A stretch of 64,000 bases of DNA from Kondoa subrosea (taxonomy: Eukaryota): contig BCIN01000004.1 of assembly GCA_039545335.1 (NCBI GenBank), forward strand, positions 548,925-612,924, given 5' to 3'. The position numbers and the translations under genes were made by a program. Of the stretch, positions 12,783 through 24,096 are shown piece by piece; position 1 is the first letter of the stretch, and each line of letters begins with the position of its first letter. The notes beneath the pieces were generated by a model. That model was given only the letters and a program-made list of their open reading frames with translations, did not search any database and had not been told where the DNA came from.

Positions 12783-13470
12783 CTGTTTGGATATGTTTGG
12801 AAAAGCAAGGAATAGAAAGAAGTACCATCCATCCATCAAGTTATCAAGGAATGCATTAGACCCAGAGCTGTGTCATTTCAAATGACGCTAGGGAGGAGCT
12901 TCTTCTGTAGCTTTCGATATAGCTGTCAGAGAGATGCAAGACTAAGGTGCGAGCGGCCAAGAGTGGCCACCCTTCAACAAACGACATTTTTGGCAACTTG
13001 CAAATCAACTGCAAACAACGGTATCACTGTATTAATCTGCGTGACTATGACTATTGGCGCTTTGCGACGACTCTGCCTTTTCCTGCGGCCAGATCCAGAA
13101 ATACCACAGGCGCCAGTCTGTACCAACGGAATTCGCTCTGGATCATTCATCTAGGCTAGCCCAGCGAAGATTCGTGTTGCTCGAGCCGCTTAATAAGCCT
13201 GGAGCTCGGAGGTCGTCACAAAATGCTTCAACTTGCATCACGCCCAAGACCCCTTTCATTTTGCTGCTCATAGTTCAATTCACGATCTTCAGCTCTGCTT
13301 GTCTGCATCTCCTATGTATTACATCTCGCTGCCCAGGACTGCCCAGTGTGCTTGTAATGACTGCTTTGAGAACTGCGCCTCGCCATGATTCTTTGTCGCC
13401 TGTATTCTCTTTGGAGATTCTCCGTACCCATGTTTGACGCCCGTTTGTATCAGAATATGGTTATCTTGAA

Positions 13471-13528
13471 GCTCGTCTTCCCAGGCTGTTAGTCAAACCG
13501 CTCGTCTTCCCAAGTTGTTAGTCAAACC
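13471..13528. repeat. 29-bp direct tandem duplication (2 mismatches)
   Basis: gctcgtcttcccaggctgttagtcaaacc followed immediately by gctcgtcttcccaagttgttagtcaaacc. Confidence 0.95.
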
Positions 13529-13823
13529 TCTTGGAAGTCTTCTCGATTTCGGTAAACCAGCATCGAATGCTCAGATTTGCAACTTTATCACTTTCAATCA
13601 TCTCTCCTTTACTCAGTCGGCCGATATCCTCCCTACTGCGATGCTCTTTTCCCTCTAGGGCACTTCGTAATCGTCTGGTCCCTTTGTAGTTCAAGTTGAC
13701 CGCCTTCTTGTACAGGTCTTCTCGCTCGATATTTTCATTTGGCTCTTGCTATCAACAACTCAACTCTTACCTTGCTTCTCATTTTCAAGACTAGCAGCAT
13801 CATCGTTATCACCTAAAATCAGA

Positions 13824-16415
13824 ATGACTTGCCCTCCCTTTACGCCTGAGCAGATCACCATGCTTTGCCGAGAGGCTACAATCGTTTTTGGCTTCAAGAA
13901 GGTACGAGACTTTCAGTGCACGCTGTCTTTGTCTGCTGATGTTATTTCTCAGATGACTCCCGACGCCGCTGCAAAACTCAAGGCTGGGCTTTCTGGCCAA
14001 TTGAATCCCAGTAACGCCGACAGTGAGTCATTCTCGCGTACACGTGACGCGTATCACAAGATATAGCTCATCTAATTCTACAGAAACAGTAGCGGCTGGC
14101 TACGATGTGTTTTTGCTTGGACTTGTCTTCGAAGAACTCTTCCGTTGCAGAAGAGACGATGCTAAACTTACCTCAACCATGACCAATTGCTTCAAATATT
14201 GTTTGGCTGGGTTCCGCGCTGGTCTGAGCCAGGATAATCGTCCATTGGAATTCGAAGGTTACTTCCAGACCCTTTCGTCCAAGTATGCTCACTCTCTGAC
14301 TTCTTTGGAAGCCTCCCTTTCCAAACAGTTGTATGAGACTGCTCGCTATTTGGCTTTGCACCTGGACCATATTTGTACAGAAGGTAGTGAATTTGGACCT
14401 CGATTGATACAGGATATCAATGCGTATTTCGTCCAAGCGTTGCGGAAGAAACCATCGGACTGTATGTATTGCTGGATTCTGCAGTATGTTCAAGTCTCAA
14501 CATAAACGTAGGGCCTTCATCTTGGTCTAATGATGGGCTTCCAAGTTGGCACAAGCATATGATTGAAGCTGGTTTCGAAGCAGGAGACACTGCACCTGAG
14601 CTTGGAATTCGACTTGCGCATGGAGCTCGAGAGGCACCAACATCACGCATCCTGGTCAATTCGGAAAATTACCTTTCTGCTGTAAATTGATTCCTCTTAT
14701 ATAGAGCCATACGATGCTCCGCAATTCCTACTTCTCCGATCACACCATCTCCACTCTGCTTGCATATGGCGATACAAGATTTACTCAGGGCAATGTGAAT
14801 CAGTAATAGAGCTCAGCTTCGCGAAACTAATGTAGATTTGCGGTACAGCTCAAACAGCTCTGGCCTGGAAAGTATAGGAGTCTGTGGATAGATCATGTGA
14901 GCAGGATCTTATCTGAGAAAGACCCAGCTCTCACTGTTTTCGACAGGCCTCGCTAGATTCGTTGCAATGGCGGCGCGACTTCTTGATGCGAGGATTCGAG
15001 GGTCTCACTGAAAGCCTGATCGCACCCAAGAATCCAGATCACGCCAAATATCATGAGCTGTACTGCTTCGGCCGCTGCTTTTTAGCATTCTGCCTACACT
15101 TTTATCCTAAAGACTTCAATAAGGCTTCAACAGATGCAGATCATACCAGATTAAGCATCTATCGCTTCGAAGTCTGTTTTTTGCTATTGCTATCACGTGG
15201 AGCTTATGTGTGATTTAGTACTTCATGATTGGCTACATGCATGAGCCTTATAATCTCACCCCGAATCTGGAGTACACTTGGCGTAAGCCTTTTGGCCTTT
15301 TCGGAAATCTGTATTCAGAGTGTGCAACAGATACAAAAGAGGAGCGACTGGCTTTTGCCGCCGGAAAAGCATTTCGAATACTCTTCAATCCACATAACTG
15401 GTCTACATCTATGATCACACATGAAGTCGAGACAATCACTGGTCAGCTTATTGCATTTTGTCGGGGCGTTCGCGACAGTCAGCAAACTGTAGAATTGCAG
15501 GAGAGAGGGAGAGAGCCCGTAGAGCCTCCCCACTTTGACGCAGGTGGTTTCTGTGAATTTGAAGCTGTCACGATGCATCGCTTACGTCGTGCTCGGATCT
15601 AGTGCACGAAGGCCGCTGCTATGACCACGGGCTAGAATTCACAGGGCTCTCTAAGATTCCTCTGCCCAATAAGGTCAGTGACACGCTTGCCAATGACTAG
15701 AATGTCGCACTAATGACTTCAACAGCTCATCGAGCCACCTTCAGTTACCGCTCCGCTTGAGAGTGTTTGGGTTGGCACAGACACTAATCGTCAGGCGCTC
15801 TTCCGCTGTCGTGTATGCGCAATGGCTAGCAATCGCTCGGCTATGGAAAGACATTTGAAGTATGACTCGAAGTGGAATCCTTACGAAGACGTACCTTCCT
15901 TCATTCATGCTAGCGGATTGATAACGGAAAATTGTCGCAACCGCCTACTCTCGGTGAGGTTCTTCATTCGAAACGCAGAAAATCTGCTGAACAGAGATGT
16001 AGAAAATCATTAAGTGGTGTTGCCGCCCAGTTGACGGAATGACCAACAAGGTGCATTGTCTAGCCAATCCTGAATCGCGGTCGTAAGCAACATCCATCGC
16101 GATTGTGAAAGGTCTGACACGTTTGGGGTTTTTGTGTCAGCGATATTATCGATGTCGGCTCTGGTGAAGGCCAATGGTCCGGTCCTTTGCGCCACTTTTA
16201 TGCTCAACAGCGCGGTACGAAATCAGATCGCGGTGAACGCGCGAGCACAGACAGACCAGAGTGTCTTCTGCCAAGTACGTCGTAAGCGACACAAGTGCAA
16301 AAATGTACTGACTTTCTGCATATATTCAGCCTTCCGTAAAGGCTATTACATGGCTCAGCTCTGCGAACTTGAATCGCAACGTGTTTCAGATCCTCATAGC
16401 CGTTATGTCCGCTGA
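13824..16415 (+). CDS. Large uncharacterised protein (~12 introns, roughly 600-700 aa)
   Basis: An uninterrupted frame can be spliced using only GT-AG introns of typical size, from MTCPPFTPEQ to ...DPHSRYVR*. No family recognised. Confidence 0.65.
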
Positions 16416-16745
16416 GCATGAGCAAATGGCCGCTTGTGTGGACCAAGTAAAGTCTACGGAGATACTTCTGTTGTATGCATCATAGCTTTGCCTGTTTAAA
16501 TCTATTTCCCAATATCTTCTTGACTAAATTTCCAGCTTCCGTTCCACCTCCATCTTGACAGTCTCGTCAGGTAGCAGCTCAAGAACGAGTACAGTATTGT
16601 ATAACAGATAGCAAAAGTCCGTGACGCATTGTTTTAGCTGTATTGCATAGCAGGCATGCGGTATCCAGCTACATGCCCGCCCGAAAGCAAACTTCGAGAT
16701 TGCTTCAATCCGTTTTCTATAGCACTGGCAAGTTAATACTCGCAT

Positions 16746-16771
16746 CTGACTGCTGTTTCTGACTGCTGTTT
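16746..16771. repeat. 13-bp perfect tandem duplication
   Basis: ctgactgctgttt repeated twice. Confidence 0.9.
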
Positions 16772-17300
16772 GGTTTCGGAAATTATTCAATTTAGAGCAT
16801 GACATTCGGGTGATTGTTGGACGCCTTGGTATGCTGCTTTCCAACGTCCAGTCGCCGTTTGCTGGGAGAGTTTCGAGAAATAGGATTGATCAGAGTGAAC
16901 AGATGAGTGACTGCGTCAATCAAGAGCATGGCAGCAGCCTGAGACACAAATCTTGATTGTATGTCCACGCGGCCAGAAACGGTGTGAAATCAGAGGGCAA
17001 GGAAAACAGCATTTTGAAGATGAATGAGAAGAGACTTCAGGGAGCAGACATCACACTTGTACTGCACTACAATGATTGGAAACATTTGGGTTTTGAAACC
17101 CTAAGAAACCTTGCAGAGAGGCAGTTTCGAGAGCAGTCAATATCGCAGCATGCACTAGAATTCGCTACACCTCAACGCCAAATTGAAGATTGCAAGACAC
17201 TAAACCAGTGGCCGTGCTTTGACTAGCGACGTGTCTCGATAATTTCCAGCTCTTCAACTTGAAGCGTCCAAGAAGACTTATACGTGGCTTCGAGCTGGCA

Positions 17301-20300
17301 ATGACTCGTCTGCTCTCTTACAGCCTGGTGCTGCTTGCGTTCTACCTCCAAACCTGTCAAGCCCTTGGACTGCTAAGCATAGACTATGGCACAGACAGCT
17401 TTAAAGTGTCCTTCATAGGGCCTGGCTCGCCTTTCGATGTCTTGATGAACAGAGACAGCAAGCGCAAGACTGCCTCTGTGGTTACTTTGCATGGAAAAGA
17501 TCGTCATGTCGGAGGAGATGCTGCTACTTTGTCTACGAGATACCCTTTGGAATCCTTCAGCGGTGTGAAACTCTTGCTTGGATCAGGTCTTGATGAAGCG
17601 CAAAAATCTCTTCATGAAAAGCTGTACAAAAACAAGTTGGAGCTGGATAGTGATGGGAGACTCAAACTTGCACGACCTGATGGAACGTCTTATACACCAG
17701 AGGAGTTGGTCGGCATGCAATTCGCCTACGCGAGGGATATGGCAGAAGTCGCGTCGAAAGGGGATCGGTCATTTGATACAGTCATTACAGTCCGTTTTCA
17801 GTGGCATTTCGTCGTCAGTATCGCTCATGATTCGCTGCAGGTTCCTGCCTTCTTTGATCAATGGGAACGACAAGCACTCCTAGATGCTGCAGAATTAGCA
17901 GGTCTTCGCGTGCTTTCGCTGGTCAATGATGGAACAGCAGGTATGAATGATCTTTCCCTCATATGTGCTATATCTAATGATATACTGTAAGCTGCTATCA
18001 ACTTTGCTATGACTCGACAATTCTCTACCGAAGCACCAGAACATCATCTTTTCTATGACGCAGGTTCTTCTTCTATTCGAGCAACAGTCGTTTCTTTCCT
18101 AGGTCTTACAGTCAAAGATCATCCTTCTTCCACAACGACCAAGAACGCAAGTCAATTAGATGTCAAAGGTTTCGGTCACGCGAAAGCGGTTGGCGGATTA
18201 ACTTTCGATGCGAGAATTAGAGATGCTTTGGCTGTTCAATTCGAGAATGCGAATCAAGGGAAATTGGACATTCCTTTGATCAAGAATGACAGAGCTATGG
18301 CTAAACTGTTGAAAGAAGCCGCAAGAGTTAAGCAAGTCTTGAGTGCTAATGTGGAAGCTCCTTCGAGGGTGGGTCGATGATGAGATCAGCTCAAAAAGCG
18401 ACCGGATGACTCATTGTCCACAGGTCGAGGGACTTGCTGATGATATTGACTTCAAAGGCTCCTTGTCAAGGGAACAATTTGAAGATCTTTGTGCTGATCT
18501 CAAACCTCAATTCTCTGAACCCATCGTGCAAGCTTTGAAAGAAGCTGGAATCAGTGTTGTGAGTCGATCTTTGGTTATCTTGCTCGCAAGCCTCATTCCC
18601 TGTTGAGAACGACTTGACTTCTGTTGTTTTGGTTGGCGGTACATCTCGTGTTCCTATGGTACAAGCCGCCATCAAGTCTCTGGTCTCAGAGTAAATTTCT
18701 TCGCTGCACTGTACGCTCCAGCTAATATCAGTTGCTCAGAGAGAAGATCGCTCAGAATTTGAATGCGGATGAAGCAGCTGTTATGGGCGCTGCTCTTTAC
18801 GGCGCTGCTCTCAGCAAACAGTTCAGAACAAAAGACATCCGAGTGACTGATGTCTCGCCAAAAGAAGTCCATGTGATGTATCACGACGACACCGAAGGTA
18901 GTTTTTGGAAAAAGTACCACGATCGAATCTAAGCCGTGATACTACTGAATAGACAGAGCACCTATTAGTCAATTACTGTTCCCCAAGAACACAAAATTGG
19001 GAACAAAGAAGACTTTAACCATACCTAAAGTCGTTGATTTCCCTTTACAACTCTCTTACAAGGGTGAAGAAGGTGCTGGAGCGACGTGAGTGCTCTACAT
19101 CAACCCGATTGATGCGGCTAACCTTGCCCGAATAGTACTGAACCTCTTTTCTCTACTTCTATTTCTGGCTTCGAAAAGGCTTTGACCAATTTGACTGCTG
19201 AAGAAGTGGGGAATTCTACCGTTAAAGTGACCATTGAATTGACTACTTCAAATATCATTGCTGTCTCGCAAGCGATTCTTGCACTTCCAGAGCGCACAGC
19301 AGATCCTTCAGTAACGGGTGCGTTTGCTTGGTGGCCGTCATCTGATAAGAGCTGATAAAGAGTGTAGAACGCATCAAGAAGCTCTTTTCTGGCTCGAAAG
19401 ACAAGAAAACTGAAGAAAGCGCTGAAGACGAATCGGCAGACGATACGGAAGAGAAACCAATTATACTGCCAGCAGAACAAAAGAGATTAGGAATAGACAC
19501 GAAGTATACTCTTGGCTATGCTGCACCCCTGTCTACTAAGGAGAAGACTGACCTGAAAAAGAAGTAAGCTCGATGATGCGTGTTCTGAATTTCAAACTAA
19601 TTAGATGTGCACAGGTTGAGAGAAATGGATCAAGCCGAAATTCGCAAAGTAAAGCGTGAAGAAGCTCGTAACACTCTTGAAGGGTACCTCTACAAGCTTC
19701 GGGACCAAATAGAAAGCCCGTCATTTGTCGAATCATCAACAGACAACGAACGGAGCAAGTTGACGGAGAAGCTCGAATCTGCCACTGAATGGTTGTGGGA
19801 TGCGGCAGAAACGGCGACCATGAAGGATTTCAAGACGCGCAAGAACGAACTTGAGTGAGTTATATTGCCTTTGCTAGCAAACCGATATCTGATGTGGTTG
19901 CAGGCGAACGGCTTCTTCTGTTCTCACACGAATCTCTGAAGCGCTCGAAAGACCCAAGCTCGTCGAGTCTTTGCAATCGGTACTAGCTCGAGCAGAAGAC
20001 TTCTACGCGAGCGCCAAGACAAATATGACTCAAGAGCTCCTCGAAAACAATATTACCCGACATACTCTGGAAGAGCTAGAATCCCTCTCGAACACTACTA
20101 GCTCGACACTCAAGTGGTTCTTGGAAGCTCAAAGCAAACAGAATGTCTTGACAAAGACTGTAGATCCAGTTTTGAAAAAGCTTGATCTTGAGAAGCGAAG
20201 TAAGGAGCTTGAAGATACACTAGAAAGGCTGACGAAGAAGAAACGAAGACGTGCTCCAAAATCTACCAGCTCAACTTCAATAAATGTACCGGAATCGGCA

Positions 20301-20366
20301 GTATCCGCATCTTCGAGCACGACTAGCGAACCGGTTTCTTCTAGTAGCGTACGGGATGAGCTGTAG
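17301..20366 (+). CDS. LHS1: ER lumenal Hsp70-like nucleotide exchange factor (Lhs1/Grp170/HYOU1)
   Basis: Signal peptide, LSIDYGTDSFKV, NRDSKRKT, LVNDGTA, FYDAGSSS, VGGTSRVPMV, LNADEAAVMGA, REEARNTLEGYLYKLRD, and C-terminal RDEL. Confidence 0.93.
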
Positions 20367-20421
20367 CATAATAGATTTCTGGCAAACTGTTGCTCTGAAC
20401 AACAATAGACTAGATACTTCT

Positions 20422-23400
20422 TCATTGCCCGATACTCAGCGATCCTGCTTTCTCTGCGATTTCGTTCACACTTTGGGAAGATTGGCTCTGCGGCCGTGCT
20501 CCTCTTGGATGGTTCGGTACCGGAGGAGCGCCCGGTGAAGCGGTAGCCGGCAAAGACGGCGCTATAACACGATCGTCAGTGCGGTCTGACTTTGTGAAGG
20601 CAAACGTACTATTTGATCTCGAAGCTGGTTGAACTGCTTCAACTACCGCCGGCAGTATAGAGCGCGTGTGCGGGCTGTTGCGGAGGAATGTCTCTATATC
20701 GGGCATACCAGAGGAATTGGATCTGGGCACAACATTCAGTAAGGAGAGTTGGTGCAACAGATGGTCACTGACCCAGCTCTCCTCAGCACTCTGATATCTC
20801 CAAATGCAATAGCTTCATGTTCCGCGTCAACATTCACCATGCCTTTCCTTCGCCTATCCTCTGCTCTCGCTAAGGCAGTGTCCATAACGCTGCCGATCAC
20901 ATTTGAGCTGAAGTCACCAAAGCTGATTGAATTTGCTCTTGCTTGGCGAGGTGAAGCAGGTTGACTCATTGTAGGTGAAGCAGGTACCGCGTAATACCGC
21001 TGATGAGATTGACTTCTTCCGTTACTAGCGAAATGTGGATTGCCGCCTAGTCGGCCGTTTGAAAGAACCATGTTCGGTGACATCGCAGGTGAAGTAGGAG
21101 CTGTGATAGAAGGACGTTTGCTCGAGTCTCCTCCATACTCTGAAGGAGCTCTCCGATTGCTTTCGGCTGACCGGGGCGAAGCAGTTGATCCGTCCCACGA
21201 AGATCTTCGTTCAAGTGAAGGATAAGGAGAAGCAAGGTTGTTTGGAGATGTAGAAGGTGCTGGATGTTGTCCAGTTCGCCGAGTATAATATTGATTGTTG
21301 TGATGATTGTTGTTTCTAGCCGAAGGATTGCTGTTGTATCTGTAAGACCGTTGCGCATTGTTGTTAGTGTATTGTCGAATCTGAGGTGCGTTGGGTTGAG
21401 GAGGTTGATTGGCTGAATCTTCGTAAGAAGTGGTATTCGGATTTTGGTAATACATTGAAGCGGGTGGTAGAGGTTGATGATGGGTAAAGGGGGTTCTTGA
21501 AGTGTACGGATTAGCTGACGTCGATGCTACTGGTACTGGAGGCGGTACGGTATTAGAGGCTGCCCATGCGCGGAAATTACTTAGTACTTGAGCTGCCGCA
21601 GGCACATTTGCAGGAGTTGCGGGAGACGGCGCTGATCGCCGTCGCGTTCCAGTAGCAGAAGCGCCTGGCGGACATTGTAAAAGAGCTTCGTCGCGCTCTT
21701 CGCAAAGCTCAGTAATAATGCTTGATATTCGGCTTGCGCGACCGCTCAGCAATTTGGTAGCTCTCTGGAATTCTTGCACGATCTAGAAATTGAGCTCGAT
21801 GAGCCCCGATCAATCTTGGGAACAAGAGCACTTGCGGTGAAAAGACCATCTCGGGTTACTGTTCTCGATACGTTGTATTCGGTCTGGAAGGGATCCTGCA
21901 AGATCGGCAACGCATCAGTACAGGTATATGCATAAACCAACGAACTCACCTCTATACACAACCGATTGATCTCTCTTGGACCTCCAAACAGCTCGACTTC
22001 CGCTTCTCGCTGCAAAACCTCTCAATTTCCATTACAAATTCAGTATCAGAACAACTCACGTCCGTATTCCAGCCTTTTGCTTCTTTGGAAAGCAATCCTC
22101 TTTCGCTCCGTATCGAGATCACATCGGTAGCGAAAGGAAATTCTTTTGCGAAATATTGGAAAAAGCCAATCAGCAGTTCACCAACGTTGTCTGTATTTGT
22201 CGTGCTCCAAAGATGTGACAGAATGTCTGTATCGTCAAAGAACCAAATGTCGTGGCTGTGCAAAGCGGAATACAATTAGGCCTGAAAGCGGACACAGAAG
22301 GAAGTAATACCCTTCATACTCCATTTCCTCTAACGATACATTATGGAACGGTGGTATTCGCTGCAGATTCCTGTTCGTAACAAAACTGGCTCAGCCGAGA
22401 GAACTCGCAAAAAGTGAACTGCAACGAACGGAAGTACTGGCGGTTGACAAACATGCGTCAGGTAAAAGATGACCATCAAAACGTAACCATAAGAGCTCAA
22501 TGTGCCAACATAGGTATTGTTGATCTTTCTTCGCTTTGTCCAGACTTTGACTGTAAGTTCCACAAAACAATCAACAACCTGTTGTTACACATCGCGATTT
22601 GCCTAAGCTTACCGAAGAGCACCATTGTGCGTAATCGATGATCCACAGTAGCATAGGTGAAAAGTAAGCGAGTGTTCTCCAACGCCAAGCGGTTATTGAA
22701 ACCAATATCACAAGCCAGACCGAATGGTGCACCAGGAGTTGGAGGTAAAGTCAATTTGATGATCGGTATTCGTGCTCGAGGCAATGCTTTGACGTGAATG
22801 TTGGTTTCTGATCGATGGTATTGAGCATTTCTCTTCCCCGAAAGAGCGAGTTTTTGGCAAAAATCGCTTTGTGCGGAAGCTAACCTCTTTGTATCACCGC
22901 TGCCAACATTTCTACTAATTCGGGTGCAGTCTTTTGCGTTCCATCACGTTGTACCAGCGGTCTATCAAAGATACAACAGAGATCCATATCTGAATTGCGT
23001 AGAGATAAACCATTGGCAGTCGAACCAAAAGGCAAGAGTTTCGCTCCAGGCAAAACAGAAGTAGCCAACAACTCTAATCGTTTCCTCATAGCTTCCTTTT
23101 CCGCAAATTCCATGTGTGTAGGTAAGACGGAAGGCAAGAATTGGTTAGACAGATAATCCGATAGACCTTGAGCGTGAGCATTGCCTTCGCTGCCATTGCT
23201 GTTGAGCAGAGATGCAGAGCCTTGGCCTTGCTCGCTCAACGTAGGCGACACGGGCGCCCTTCTCTGCTGTTTAACATTACTGCTTTGAGCTGGTCCTTGC
23301 GAAGGATGAACAGTGAGTGCTGGAGGCGCCGATGGAAGACCGCTATAGCTACTACTGCCTGATTGCGATGGAGCCATGCTGGCTGAAGTTGAGGCTACGG

Positions 23401-23512
23401 GTATAGGCTGCGAATAACTATTACTTTGCGGTGAAGTTGCGACCACGACAGGTGACTGAGCTGTCAGACTCAAAGATAGCGCTGATACTGGAGACTTGCT
23501 GGACCGAGACAT
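20422..23512 (-). CDS. Cid1-family terminal nucleotidyltransferase (TUTase/non-canonical poly(A) polymerase) with disordered N- and C-termini
   Basis: [19 protein letters not shown] (GS...DxD), [34 protein letters not shown], and [18 protein letters not shown]. Confidence 0.9.
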
Positions 23513-24096
23513 TGCGCGCTGAAAGATTCACCAAGACGAAGTTTGGTGTGAAGGCAACCCTTTCGAAATTCGGTGCGTCTAGGCGAAGGTCACAATCTCA
23601 AGTAGTTAGAAGTCCGTGTCTTATACAGCCTCCTAGTTCATGCAGTGTCTGTTTATCGATCGCAGCTTTTCCATCGCTTCTTTGCGGACGAGGGCGAAGT
23701 CTCCCTGAACATAAGCGCTGAGTGACACGATCGCTGCGAAGAGCGCCAGTCTTTGTTTCCATGCTCACAATAAGCCAGAATGTGTATTGGATTTGATTCA
23801 ATCTGGAAAGGCGGAATATCATGTGCGAGAGACATCAGGGGAAAGGTAAGGGAAGCTGTCAGAAAAGACGGTTAGACGTACAGGAGATAGAAAGAAGGAG
23901 GACACACCATCGTGCAGCCGCCCAGTCAGACCGACAAGGCAGATGCGATAGTTCTTGTTTGTCCATAGGCGATACTGTATGAGGCGCTTTTCGTATGCCC
24001 AGAAAAGTACTATGTCAGTAGCCAGGTGGCAGAAGACCAGAGTGAGAGGTAAAATCACAACCAAAGGTGATGGGTTATTCGATGTTTTATTGCATT

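Noticed and set aside
13471..13528. CRISPR-like repeat
   Set aside because: Only two abutting copies, no spacers, and a eukaryotic context.
16524..17226. ORFs in the gap before LHS1
   Set aside because: No recognisable motifs or consistent splice chain; treated as intergenic.
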